Positions 11,269-25,377 of a stretch of 30,429 bases of DNA are shown here, one piece after another. The notes under the pieces are model-generated. The model saw only the letters and a list, made by a program, of their open reading frames with translations. It made no database searches and had not been told where the DNA came from. Every line of letters begins with the position of its first letter. The first letter of the stretch is position 1. Both the position numbers and the translations under genes were made by a program. This DNA comes from Tubiluchus corallicola (taxonomy: Eukaryota > Animalia > Priapulida), in NCBI GenBank assembly GCA_030141605.1, contig JAQGDQ010000923.1, positions 49,531 to 79,959 on the forward strand, read 5' to 3'.

Positions 11269-12032
11269 TGCATTTAAATGTTGATTATGGAAGAGGATTG
11301 CAACAGTAGTCATTAACAGCAACATCTTTACTTTATTCGCTATTTGTTTATATATTTCTATTTGTTTATTTATTAATTTATTTGTTCGTTTATTTATTTC
11401 TGTTTGTTTATTTGTTTTCGTTATTAATTCACTTGCTCATTTGTATGTATGTCGGTTTGTTTGTTGTTTATTTTATTTATTTGTTTATTTGTTCGTTTGT
11501 GTATGTTGTTTATATGATGTTTATTTATTTTTTCAATCATTTATTTATTTATATTTGTAGCACGTATAATGTATTTACTAAACATCAAACAATAATATGT
11601 GTAAACACTATACAATTACATCAAAACTGAATAACTATGACATGAATAGGAAGAAAATAGTAAACAATTAAACCAACGACTCATCTAAGTCTGATAATCT
11701 CCTGTCTAATCTAATGCAATCTACCTACTCGGATTTGTTTACTCTTCGCTGTAACGCGATTGTTGTAGAACAACAGCCACGTGCTTTTGTTTACTTCGAA
11801 AATGGAACGGAAATGACGCATAAACAAAGAGTTTTGTAACAAAGTAGTTGCCTGGCTGCTCAATTGTTTTAAACGTTCCATTCTTTTAAAAGCGACTGTA
11901 GTAATTCGTTCTCAAAATCAGCTTAATCACTGAAACCTGCCTTTTAACTAGAGAATGTATAAACTACAGTTAGGCAATGAGGAACCTCTTTGATGATTGT
12001 TTCATCTAAAAGTACAGTTAACACAATTTAGT

Positions 12033-13070
12033 ATGGCAAATCTTCAATCAACAACAATCATCCTTTTCTGTGTGTTTTGGATTGTTACTTGTTTACAGGA
12101 AACAGACGATGAGAATTCAGAAGTTGAAACTTCAAGAAACGAAGTGGAAACTGTTACAACACCTGCCAACAGATCAGCTGAAAATGAAATCCTGCTGCCT
12201 GAACCAAGAATCGTTGGTGGTGAATTGGTAACTGAAAGAGAATTCCCCTACGCCGTCCAACTGTACATTGAACATCATGGTGCGGGGGGTGAATATGCTG
12301 CAGAAAACTGTGGAGGGATTCTCCTCAATGGCCGTTGGATCCTAACGGCAGCGCATTGTTTTAGGAAAAATACGCCGGGAAAATTCGGGAAACACTTGCA
12401 CGTCTATCTTGGACGTAACATCAGGTGGTCGACCAACCCTTATCGTTTTATTGCATACTACAAGAGCCATCCTAAGTATAATAAACAGAGCAGTGAATAT
12501 GATATAGCAGTTGCAAGACTGAACGATCCCCCCGTTCCGTTTGACGAAGATATTCAACCAGCCCCCCTGCCACTCTGTGGATCAATGAATTATGTTAACG
12601 AGACTGTTGCTTTGGTGGGTTGGGGTCGTACTACTTCTGATGAAACCACTCATACCAACCTACGGAAAGTGTACAGCACAGTCGTTACGCCAGGATCTCG
12701 TTGTCAAGGACACCAGTACGACAGCAGAATAATGATGTGCACAAATGTTCCGGGTATCTCCGCGTGTCTGGGAGATTCCGGGGGACCCGTGGTGCTGGCA
12801 TCTACACGAGAGGTTATAGGAGTCATAAGCGGGGGATGGGTTGGCGGCAAGTGTCAGGCTGCAAACCGCCATACGAAGATTGCGCCAAATCTAGATTGGA
12901 TTGAGGATGAAATGTATGAGTATGACAATCACATTATTGTGGAACCACATCATGATGCCCATGCGGTCCGTTCCAATGCTGGATATTTAAACAAAATTCC
13001 AATAATCGAAATTTCATTCATTACAACATTAATTTTTACCCAACATCTCAATAATCAGTTTTACTGTTGA
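12033..13070 (+). CDS. S1A serine protease, copy 2, 345 aa, intronless CDS
   Basis: Paralog of 8354-9367 with intact triad (TAAHC, YDIA, GDSGGP), R|IVGG, signal peptide and hydrophobic tail. Confidence 0.95.
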   Translation: MANLQSTTIILFCVFWIVTCLQETDDENSEVETSRNEVETVTTPANRSAENEILLPEPRIVGGELVTEREFPYAVQLYIEHHGAGGEYAAENCGGILLNGRWILTAAHCFRKNTPGKFGKHLHVYLGRNIRWSTNPYRFIAYYKSHPKYNKQSSEYDIAVARLNDPPVPFDEDIQPAPLPLCGSMNYVNETVALVGWGRTTSDETTHTNLRKVYSTVVTPGSRCQGHQYDSRIMMCTNVPGISACLGDSGGPVVLASTREVIGVISGGWVGGKCQAANRHTKIAPNLDWIEDEMYEYDNHIIVEPHHDAHAVRSNAGYLNKIPIIEISFITTLIFTQHLNNQFYC

Positions 13071-13506
13071 TGATGCTGCTGTTGCTGCTGTTCCTGCTGC
13101 TGTTGCTGCTGCTGCTGTTGCTGTTGCTGCTGCTCCTACTGCTGTTCCTGCTGCCGCTGCTCCTGCTGTTGCTGTTGCTGCTGCTGCTGCTGCTATTGCT
13201 GCTGCTGCTGCTTCTGCTGCTGCTACTGCTGTTGCTGTTGCTGCTGCTGCTACTGCTGTTGCTGCTGCTGCTACTGCTATTGCTGCTGCTGTTGCTGTTT
13301 CTCCTGCTGCTGCTGTTGTTGCTACTGCTGCTGTTGCTGCTGCTACTGCTATTGCTGCTGCTGATCCTGCTGCTCCTGCTGTTGCTGCTGCTGTTGCTGT
13401 TTCTCCTGCTGCTGCTACTGCTGCTGCTTCTGCTGCTCCTGCTACTGCTGCTGCTACTGCTACTGCTACTGCTGTTGCTGCTGCTGCTGCTACTGCAATT
13501 GCTGTT
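13071..13506. repeat. Interrupted (CTG)n microsatellite
   Basis: Begins at the stop codon of copy 2. Confidence 0.97.
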
Positions 13507-13695
13507 GCATTTAAATGTTGATTATGGAAGAGGATTGCAACAGTAGTCATTAACAGCAACATCTTTACTTTATTCGCTATTTGTTTATATATTTTTATTT
13601 GTTTATTTATTAATAAATTTATTAATAATTAATAAGTTTCATTCATTACAACATTATTTTTTACTCTACATCTCAATAATCAGTTTTACTGTTGA
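13507..13695 (+). pseudogene. Remnant of a third protease copy with an internal deletion
   Basis: About 108 bp of block A joined through an AT filler to the last codons of the CDS (13637-13695, SFITTLFFTLHLNNQFYC*). Confidence 0.85.
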
Positions 13696-14311
<616 letters not shown>

Positions 14312-14772
14312 ACAACTGGTGCTACTGCTCTGCTACTTCGTTCAATATGGCATTACCTTTTTACCTGATATGTCAATAATAAAATTTACTACCGTATACA
14401 TTAGTCTATTGCTGCATTATTAGTCATTAGTCTAAAAAATTCTAATGAATGAACGTAAAATACATTTCTCATACTGCATTTAGGAAGTCTGTGTTCCAGA
14501 ATTTACTGCTCATTTTAAGTCCCCAAAATACCTGTAATGGGGCGGGGGGCTCCGGACCCTACAGGGCACCTTACAATGCTCCTGATTTCACTGAGAGAGT
14601 AATTGGTATTGTAATTCTCAACTTCACTGCGTTGAGAGTAACTCTCCGAGGCGTTCACACTATACAAGTTACTAGTCCTTTAGTTACTAGTTTAAAGCAG
14701 TTTACTTAGGACAATAATAAAATCTTTGCAACAATGCAATGTTTGATAATAGATTTGCATTCCGATTTAGTG

Positions 14773-15240
<468 letters not shown>

Positions 15241-15317
15241 GCATTTAAATGTTGATTATGGAAGAGGATTGCAACAGTAGTCATTAACAGCAACATCTTT
15301 ACTTTATTCGCTATTTG

Positions 15318-15850
15318 ACAGTGGGACATTTTGACACAGATTTTTGGCAGTGGTAGTTGGACAGTAGCCTGTTGAACTGTGGTACTTGGTCAGTGGACAT
15401 TTGATAGTGGGACATTTTGACACAGACTTTTTGGCAGTGGTACTTCGTCAGTAGCCTGTTGGACTGTTGTACTTGGTCAGTGGACATTTTATAATGGGAC
15501 ATTTTGACACAGATTTTTGGCAGTGGTACTTGCACAGTAGCCTGTTGAACTGTTGTACTTGGTCAGTGGACATTTGATAGTGGGACATTTTGACGCAGAC
15601 TTTTTGGCAGTGGTACTAGGACAGTAGCCTGTTGGACTGTGGTACTTGGTCAGTGGGCATTTGATAGTGGGGCATTTTGACACAGACTTTTTGGCAGTGG
15701 TACTAGGACAGTAGCCTGTTGGACTGTTGTACTTGGTCAGTGGACATTTGATAGTGGGACAATTTGACACAGATTTTTGGCAGTGGTAGTTGGGCAGTAG
15801 CCTGTTTAACTGTTGTACTTGGTCAGTGGACATTTGGTGGTGGGACATTG
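15318..15850. repeat. 86/87-bp tandem repeat, about 6 copies
   Basis: Recurring GTGGGACATTTTGACACAGA...TTGGTCAGTGGACATTT; 29-aa periodicity in ORF 15489..15848. Confidence 0.95.
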
Positions 15851-16649
15851 TAGCACAGATTTGGCTCTAAGTGTTTTACAGCTTGCTGATTTAAAACATT
15901 TAACGGAAATTAGCAGAGCTATGTGGCAAGTGAGTTATCTACCATATTGAATTTCAAAATGGCCGTCACCACATTTTTTTGCATCAGAAATTGCCAAACT
16001 GCACAGAGAGTTGGTTTTGACATCTAAACGTTGGCCTAAATTTTGTGGGGTGAGAATGCTATACAGTTTGTTGAAGCCATTTTACTTAAATATAGCTGAC
16101 AAACAGAATGATAAGTGAAAAAAACGATTAGGCCTAACAGTGTTAAATAGAGAATTTTCAACATGCTCAGTTTAACATTCAACAAGGAAACTAAGAGATG
16201 CCTTTAATCTGTTAGGGAGTCTTCGCATAATCCCGTTAACAATCAACTAACAAATCAATACTTTACAGAGGTAACATTATGATAACCAGTACTTATTAGC
16301 CGTAGTTTCTGCGTTACACTCATGAATAACAAGCAAGCAAATAAAAAATAAACTAACAAATGGACAAACAAACAAACGGACCAGACAGCAAATGGCGTGA
16401 AAATACAACCTCTCTCGCAGACATACAAGTTTACCATACAATAACCCTAACCCTAAATCATACTTTATTAAGTGTCCCATTTTTTCCTATTTTCCCTTTG
16501 TGCCATTTCGTCCTGTACAATCGTTGCCAGTGACGTTTTTCCGTGCATCTAATGAGCTCTCTGTAGTTGGTTTTCGTTGGTAATTAGTGCATTGTCCGCT
16601 TCGAGAACGTCACGTGACGGGCTTCTAATTTGTTTGCACAATAGTTAAC

Positions 16650-16850
16650 TCTCTAACTTAAGTTAACTTTCTAGTCAATATCTTTAAGCAAGAGTCATTA
16701 AATTTTCAAAATGTCTCTTCCAGTTCACACGTTAACACGATAAGAATATAAATAAATCACAGCCTATAGCCAATTTTTACCATATAATTAACAATCTATA
16801 AAATAAGGGCCCCATAACGCATCCTTGCTGTACTCCAGCTCTATAATTAC
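16650..16850 (-). mobile_element. Highly degenerate reverse transcriptase relic
   Basis: Minus strand around 16795-16840 reads AGVQQGCVMGPLF, resembling GV.QG..L.P.LF; flanks are broken by stops. Confidence 0.45.
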
Positions 16851-17724
16851 AGCTGGATGCTGCGTAGTATTACAACTAATTACACAATTCTTGCTCGTAA
16901 CTCAGGCATAATGTTACCGTGTTAATTGCAAATAAGATTGCGTCAAAAAATTTACAGTTAGATGTCTACCAAGTCAGCCATTGTGTTTTTGTTAATGAAA
17001 CGCATGCAAGAATGAGCAACAGTTATGCAATACGCAATCAAGCGGCTAATTGTAATTAATTAACATTCTCAACGTAAAATGGATGTTTATTTTGTCAGCA
17101 CGTTAACTGATGCGAGGGCAGTTAATTTAGAAGTACATATTGTAATTGTTGGACCAATAAATTCACCATTTCTGTGAGTTCTGTGTGAAATTACGCTTCA
17201 ATATCAGTAATTTCTGGTGCTACTGCTAAGGTGATGTTTGTACTTTTTGTTGTTCCTCTCTTGTGTTTTTCCATGCAGGAACTTGTCCATTTTGCAAACA
17301 GACCAAAAGCCACACAGAACGTTCTCGTGGATTACTATGCACAAGTACAAGACACTTTTAAAACTGAATAGAAGAAATTGCACTAATTATTAACGCCCAC
17401 CAGGTGCACGTTTAAACGGCACAGGTAAGAATGGCACCGGAAGAAACGGCACTGTTTTATTACAAGATGTATATTACATTATAATACTATATAACTGTAT
17501 CATATTATTATATAATACTAAAGCGTAGTGCTTGTTATGATCTTCGGTGCATTTTCCTTTTATTTGGAGATACAGTATTTCGTTTCTATTTTTTCCGAGA
17601 GTATTTTTGACCAGAACTATGGTGCTTAGTTTACTGTGAACCTTAAGTGTTGTTATTGTGTTCGTTGTTTCTCAGTTTACCAGGTGACACAGTATTAAAG
17701 TACTAAGGAAATGTACGTATTCCC

Positions 17725-17830
17725 TTAAAGGAAGACAGGATGACTTTTCATGTACTATCCCATTTTCAGGTCAGATAAAAAGTGCACATTTTAACACAAT
17801 TAATACTGCAAAAGCCTTTCTGGTAAAAAT
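17725..17830 (+). mobile_element. Terminal fragment of a TTAA-flanked MITE-like DNA element (Kolobok-like end)
   Basis: TTAA|AGGAAGAC terminus; similar to the reverse complement of 25625-25723 and to 23079-23190. Confidence 0.55.
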
Positions 17831-17847
17831 CTCAGTTAACAAGGGGT

Positions 17848-18540
17848 TATCACCAGGCAGTGAGCAACGTTTCAAAGATGCACTAGTAGCTATCACCAGG
17901 CAGTGAGCAACGTTTCAAAGATGCACTAGTAGCTATCACCAGGCAGCGAGCAACGTTTCAAAGATGCACTAGTAGCTATCACCAGGCAGCGAGCAACGTT
18001 TCAAAGATGCACTAGTAGCTATCACCAGGCAGCGAGCAACGTTTCAAAGATGCACTAGTAGCTATCACCAGGCAGTGAGCAACGTTTCAAAGATGCACTA
18101 GTATCTATCGCCAGGCAGTGAGCAACGTTTCAAAGATGCACTAGTAGCTATCGCCAGGCAGTGAGCAACGTTTCAAGGATGCACTAGTGGCTATCACCAG
18201 GCAGCGAGCAACGTTTCAAAGATGCACTAGTGGCTATCACCAGGCAGCGAGCAACGTTTCAAAGATGCACTAGTGGCTATCACCAGGCAGTGAGCAACGT
18301 TTCAAGGATGCACTAGTAGCTATCGCCAGGCAGTGAGCAACGTTTCAAGGATGCACTAGTAGCTATCACCAGGCAATGAGTAACGTTTCAAAGATGTACT
18401 AGTGGCTATCACCAGGCAGCGAGCAACGTTTCAAAGATGAACTAGTGGCTATCACCAGGCAGTGAGCAACGTTTCAAAGATGCACTAGTAGCTATCTCCA
18501 GGCAGTGAGCAACGTTTCAAGGATGCACTAGTAGCTATCA
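17848..18540. repeat. 43-bp minisatellite, about 16 copies
   Basis: Unit TATCACCAGGCAGTGAGCAACGTTTCAAAGATGCACTAGTAGC. Confidence 0.97.
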
Positions 18541-19189
18541 TTAAACACTGTAGCGGAAACGTTGCTTTTCGTTAAGATTTTTTTCTTCACAGGACTTTAA
18601 ATTATTAAAATTATCGTTCTTGATATTATAAATTCATTAACTTTAAGTGACTTATTGGGTACTTTGTACAGTGTCTGCAATTAATGGCAGCTAAATTCTC
18701 ACAAGATGGTTTTTTTCGCTAAATTTAACTAAATCTGACTGCTGCTTCAACAGAGTGACTTTAACAACGTTATTTTACTCATGAGCAAATTGTGAAAGTC
18801 TGATGTACATACCGTTCTACAGATATGGCAGCAAGACTGGTCACTGATGCTGTAACTGACACACCTTGTAACCAGGTAACCACTTTACAGGTAAACACAC
18901 CTAGCACATAATCTGCAAAATTGAGACAAACGTCGTAAGTTAGCTTAGCAAATATAAGTCAGGCTAACAAAAAAGCAGCTGTTTTGCAAACAAAATTGTC
19001 AAATCTCAATTACAGAAGTACCAGAATTTGTCACTTTACGTAAAAACACTAAAATAATATTGTAAAAGATTCCTTCTTTTTTCTTTCCTTTATTTCTTTC
19101 TTCCATCAATCTCTCCTTTCTGTTTTCCTTCCTTCGGGTATATTATTGACGTCGACATTAATGTAGGTCAGTATGACAATATAAACGTG

Positions 19190-20180
19190 AAAATCAACAT
19201 TGAGATCAAATTTAGGGTTAACTTCTATATTAACCTCAACATTAACAACAACAACAACAACATCAACCTCAGCACTAACAATAACAACAACATTAACACC
19301 ATCATTAACATCACATTCAGCACTAACACCAACCAACAAAAAGTTAACATCAACAGCAACATTAACACTAACAATAACATTAACATCAACCACACATTTA
19401 ACACCAACAACAACATTAACATCAACCTCAACACTAACAACAGCAGCAGCAGTAACAACAACAACAACAACAACAATAACATTAACACCACCATTAACAT
19501 CAACCTCAGCACTAACAACAACAAAAACAACATTAACATCATCATTAACATCACATTCAACACTAACACCAACCAACAAAAAGTTAACATCAACAGCAAC
19601 ATTAACACTAACGATAACATTAACATCAACCACACATTTAACACCAACAACAACATTAAACATCAACCTCAACACTAACAACGACATTGACGTCAACAGC
19701 AAGATTAACACTAACAGTAACATTAACATCAACCACGCCTTTAACACCAACAACAAAGTCACCATCAACCAACAACAACATTAACACCACCATTAACATC
19801 AATCTCGGCGCTAACAACAACAACAACATTAACATCACCAGTAACATCACGTTCAACACTAACACCAACAAAAAGTTAACATCAACAGCAGCATTAACAC
19901 TAACAATAACATTAACATCAACCACACATTTAACACCAACAACAACATTAACATCAACTTCAATACTAACAACAGCAGCAACATTAACACTAACAACAAC
20001 ATTAACATCAACCATACCTTTGACATCAACCTCGACAATGACAGCAACAACGACATTGACGTCAACAGCAACATTAACATAACACCAACAATAACATTAA
20101 CATCAACCACACCTTTAACACCAACAACAACATTAATATCAACCGTAACACTAACGCCAACAACAACAACATGAACATGT
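19190..20180. repeat. AAC/ATT/ATC-based low-complexity repeat with a higher-order unit of about 237 bp
   Basis: CATCAACCTCAGCACTAACA at 19261 and 19498; AAAAGTTAACATCAACAGCA recurs three times. Confidence 0.9.
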
Positions 20181-21024
20181 ACATTGATATCATATCAACA
20201 TTACTAATCAACGCCAAGCTTATACTCGCTAATTGCGCTGCACGTAACGGAATACGTAACAATGACGTCATGTTGATGTTTGTTTTTACATTTTAGATAA
20301 ATATTGTACATTATAACGTCTCTAGGCGGTTTAAAGGGGTGTTATACTTTCGGAGACATCTTGAAATACCTCTTTCACGCGGTTCTTCAATGAGCACAGG
20401 GCTGACTATCGTATTAATTTCCGTTTAACTTCTATGTTCAATGAAAGAACGTGCAGAAGTCACGTGATGCAATTCAGCAGCCTCCGATTCAGTGTAATCT
20501 CCCACCGAGTCATTGTACTAACCTTATAAGTCTTCAGACGATGAAGCATTTCTACGAACACGCTAAACGATGACCTTTTGTCAAATGCTAAAATGTCTTC
20601 GCGTTCCTGATTCAGTCTCCGAAATTCTGCTGTAATTTTTACTGCTCGTTTTACTAATGCAGGCTGTACTGGTGACGTCATCAGTAAGGGTGACGTCATT
20701 GGCTGTCATCACAGTCGCGTTTTTCGCTGCTATGGTTACATGTTAATGTTAAACCTAGTTAACAGCGAGTTGTCATAACTTTAACGAAGGTAAAAGTTTA
20801 AAACAATTACAGTTACATTTCCTTTGTCATTATAAGACAAAATTTTGTAAACAATGGTTGCCTTGTTAGCAATCAATGACGTCATTTGGCAAGTGATTAG
20901 TGCTGCTGATGTTTAATTGTGTCTCTGCATTTCTCTGAACCATTAGTATGATAATGCATGAACGATAAACAGACTGATGTACTTACATTAAGTCACCAAG
21001 GGCAGAAATTTATAATTTAGCTTT

Positions 21025-21900
21025 TCTTTAACCTCTTGACATTTGACCTTTTCAATCAAAAAGCAAACAGTTTCATCTACCCAATGATCTTAACCTTTGA
21101 CCTTTGACCTTTGACGTGATTTTTCTTACCATTTGACATTTGACCTTTTCAATCAAAAAGCAAACAGTTTCACCCACCCAATGATCTTAACCTTTGACCT
21201 TTAACCTTTGACCTTCGACGTGATTTTTCTTACCATTTGACATTTGACCTTTTCAATCAAAAAGCAAACAGTTTCTGTCACCTAATGATCTTAACCTTTG
21301 CCTTTTGATGTGATTTTCTTAACCAAAATTCAATTGGTTTTCAGCTCTTGCCCAGTTCTCACGTATCCTTGTAAAAAGTTTGGCAATTATAGATTTATGT
21401 GCTTTGATTTTTTTTTATTTTTAATCTCATGACCTTGGGCTCTGACCTTAGACTGATTTTTTTAATCAAAAAAACAATGGATTTTCACCTCCTCAAACAT
21501 ATCCGTGTGCTAAGTTTGGTCCTTCTGTTTAATTTTTCCAATTTTTTGCACATTTTGACCTTGACCTTTGACCTTTTATACCAAAACGCAGCGAGGTTTT
21601 AGCTGTTGTCCAGGCCTATCCTTGTGGGAAGTTTGACGATTATAACTTTATCGGTTTTGATTTTTCACTTTTTTTGACCGTTTAACTTGACCTTTGACCC
21701 TTTGAGTCACATAGCAGTGAGTTTTTAGGTGCTGCCTAGAACTATCCATATGGTAAGTTTCGCGATTGTAGCTTTATCTTTTTTATTTTTTTGTTTTTTT
21801 GATCTTGTGACCTTGACCTTTGACCTTACACCGACATTTTGAACCAAAAATCGATTGACCCAGTTCTTGCAGTGACCTATACTTATGCCAAATTTGTTGA
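21025..21900. repeat. TGACCTT-rich interspersed repeat with internal tandem units of about 100 bp
   Basis: TTGACATTTGACCTTTTCAATCAAAAAGCAAACAGTTTC occurs three times (21036-21275); diverged longer units with TGACCTTGACCTTTGACC follow. Confidence 0.8.
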
Positions 21901-22629
21901 CTATGGTTTAATCCTACAGGTAGAAGCTATAAACGCAAATACATACATCTCCATATTGTTTTACCTATTCTATGATTATAGGAAACCACTGCTCTCCATT
22001 CGACACTAACGCTTGAAGCCAACAAACTGGTCTGAAGCTGGCAGAAACAATTTGAACTCTTCTGCGCTTTCTCTGCGACCACACAAAGGAAAAAATTACA
22101 AGGGCACAGTGACAAAAGATTTAATATCACTTCTACAGCTTTATGCGTCTATAACGACATTTTTGAATCACCGGTTGTTTGAGTAAGTCACGTTTAGATG
22201 GCGTTAACTTCGATCAGATGCATTGAAACCGTTGTAATTCAAACTGAAAGTCAGAGCTTTAACGGTTTTATGCTAGAAGTTTTTGTTCACACGTCCTAAA
22301 ATTGAATGATTCATGTATAAAGATCCTACTTGCTTAACACAGTTGAGAAATGAGATAAAGTATGAAGCTTTGACCATCGCTGAAATCGTACACCTGCTCA
22401 GTAAGTTTAAAGCACAAGAAAACCCTCCACTTACATGAAGCTTAAAAAATTCACTTGAAATTTTATATACTTTCTTACTACTTTCTAGTATGCATGGCTT
22501 GCATTGACCGTAACGCTGTACAAAACGTGTAAATTTAAACTCCCGCGATGACCGTTAGACGTAGCCATTTTAATGGTAGGTCATTTGAAACAAGTTTTGA
22601 TAACATTAAGTAAAGTTTGAAAAATAATC

Positions 22630-22855
22630 AGAGCATTCGTAGCACACATGTTGGTAATTAAGTAAAATTTTAAATTACTGTATCTTGTCAATAAGATTAA
22701 AAATACGTTTTTGGCTACTGAGTGGCGCACCCTGGAGGGTGAGTCAGCGACATTTTACCAATTGGCACAAACATCTTAAATTATTAGTCTAGTTACATAA
22801 GTCTTTCAAGCAGGTAAGTGAAATGCTAAGTAATATAGATTTGCACGGAAAGTTT
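22630..22855 (+). repeat. Dispersed repeat, diverged direct copy at about 24860-25095
   Basis: Shared blocks TAAATTACT, TTGTCAATAAGAT, GGTAAG.G.AATGCTAAGTAATATA. Confidence 0.7.
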
Positions 22856-23078
22856 TTTGGGTCATAATGTAACATTGCTTTTTCTTCCCCTGATTTACTT
22901 AGCGTTCTGACGTCATGTAATGGCGCCGTCGGAACAGTATTGCGAGAGATTTAAAATGAAAATAAACGAGAATTCCTTTTAACGCAAGTACGATATGTGC
23001 ATAAAATTGCTGCTAAGTAATATAATTTCTTAAGGCGATTTTTCTGAAACCTACTTCAGGTGCCCCTTTTCTTGTCCT

Positions 23079-23420
23079 TTAAAGAAAAACAGAATGATCT
23101 TCATATCCTTCTGCATTTTCACATACGGTAAAAAATGTACATTTTAAGACCTACATTAATGCCCGAGCGTTTCTTGTAAACGAGTAATAAGCTAAAAACT
23201 TAGTCAATGGAGGGTGAGCCCAGCGGGCGATGACGTCATAGTTGAACATAGTTTTTAGCAGCACAAATATTCCGCGATTGTGTTGCACGTGTTTGCGAAA
23301 GCGAAAATTTAAGTACAGTGCTACTGCACAACACTTAGTGTGATACACAAAAGCGCCAGATTTTAATTTAAAATTCAAATTTAAATTTATGAGCTCACCC
23401 ACGCCTGTACTACGTCACAA
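23079..23420 (+). mobile_element. MITE-like element copy
   Basis: Colinear similarity to the reverse complement of 25378-25723 (e.g. TGTTGCACGTGTTT, AAGTACAGTGCT). Confidence 0.65.
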
Positions 23421-23601
23421 CTGCACACGGCTGAAGTGAGACATATGCCACCATTTTTGTGCACTGCGTTTCTGTTGTAATTATTGTTTCAATGTTTTAT
23501 AAGGTAGATTGTTCTGAGCTATAGTTTAATGTGGGGTCTGGTTTTCTACTGTGTATTGTAGACAGCAATGATAGCTAAACTGAGGTGATGATACTTGCCA
23601 C

Positions 23602-24050
<449 letters not shown>

Positions 24051-25377
24051 TTATTAATTAAAAAAACAGAAGTTACTGTTTAATAAGCACTCTCTGAAAC
24101 TCCCATGTAGGAACTGGCCAAACAACAAAGTATGAGGCTAAATCCCAAAAGGCAGCAAATACTAACACTCTCAAGTTTTAAAACACGTTTTACGTATAAA
24201 TGACCTTCCTAAATTCGACAAAGGACGGCACCGAACTCACACCCGTGTCATTGCTACAGCCAAAATCAAATAAGCACTAACCGTCTATGCAACGAAGCCT
24301 CACTCTTTGATTGAAAAGGTTGTTGACGATGAGAGTGGAAGAGATTACAGAAGCCATATCCTCCCTGCAACCTGCACTTGCCCAGAATTCCATTATCAGT
24401 CAAAATTCATTTTAAACATCAACAATTGCGGCTTGTTGAACTGTAAAGCTGTTAGCAGTTTTAACACTTTGTTTATTTTAATTAATTAACGCCCGAAGAA
24501 GAGCAGATGTGGGGGTATAAAGACGTCAGTGTGTTCAGCATTACGAGATCCGCTTCCGGTTTAACTCCTGCGCAGGGCGGTGAAAAGAGAAGCAGAGGAG
24601 GGATTAATTTTGTTCTAGTCAACGACACTTTGACATGTCTGTGGCAAAATAAAGCAAAACTGGACCCAATCTGAAACTGTACGTCAAAACAATCTAGTCT
24701 TTTCAAGAATGATGTCTCGACACATGACTGTTAAACTTGCATTTTTACTAAATGATTGTTTATAAAGCGCAAGAAAACACTTTGTAAATAAGCTTGAAAA
24801 TCGTTTTGAAATTTTATATTACTTACATCCTGTCTTGTTGCGTACAGAGCTTGTTGCGTTAGCATTCATAGTACACACTTGAGTAACTAACCAAAAGTTT
24901 AAATTACTTTACGTTGTCAATAAGATCAATAATGTGCTTTTTTGGTGAATCAGTGGTGCACACTGGGATGGCAATGTAGTCACATTTTTGCCAGGTGGTA
25001 CGAATGTTTTAAGTTATTAAGAATTTTCTTTTTCAATTACAAAAGTTTTTCATGTTGGTAAGCGTAATGCTAAGTAATATAACTTTGTACGGTGACTTCT
25101 TTAGGAACTAGTTTAAAGCAAAACCAGACCCAATGTTAAACTGTAGGTTAAAACAACCTACTCTTTAAAATATTGAAAGGAAACATACTATTTTTTTCAA
25201 AAATGACTTACCTGAAAGAATTATTACCACACAAACATAATTTCACGTTCGCGCCACTAGTTCTTCACTGTTACAAGCACTTCACCATTCCTTAGCTAGA
25301 CGGGCACCAGCGCCTGCATTTCGAAAACGCATTGCACAAAAAACAGGTGCTGTACTTCTCAGTTCAGAAGTGTTAGT

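Noticed and set aside
16442-16455. Telomeric repeat
   Set aside because: Only two TAACCC units, internal; more likely part of a dispersed repeat.
17279-17371. Strong plus-strand splice acceptor with short open frames
   Set aside because: No recognisable product or partner exon.
17848-18540. CRISPR-like array (also 6110-7010)
   Set aside because: Head-to-tail units without unique spacers, no cas genes, eukaryotic context.
19106-20271. Asn/Ile-, Thr/Leu- and Val-rich ORFs
   Set aside because: Low-complexity repeat open on both strands with frameshifts.
20460-20730. Short minus-strand open frames as a possible terminal exon
   Set aside because: Weak splice signals and no recognisable motif.
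21960-22075. Possible further GPCR exon (minus frame RKRRRV...VCWLQ)
   Set aside because: No hydrophobic helix and an in-frame stop; resemblance to TM6 is probably chance.
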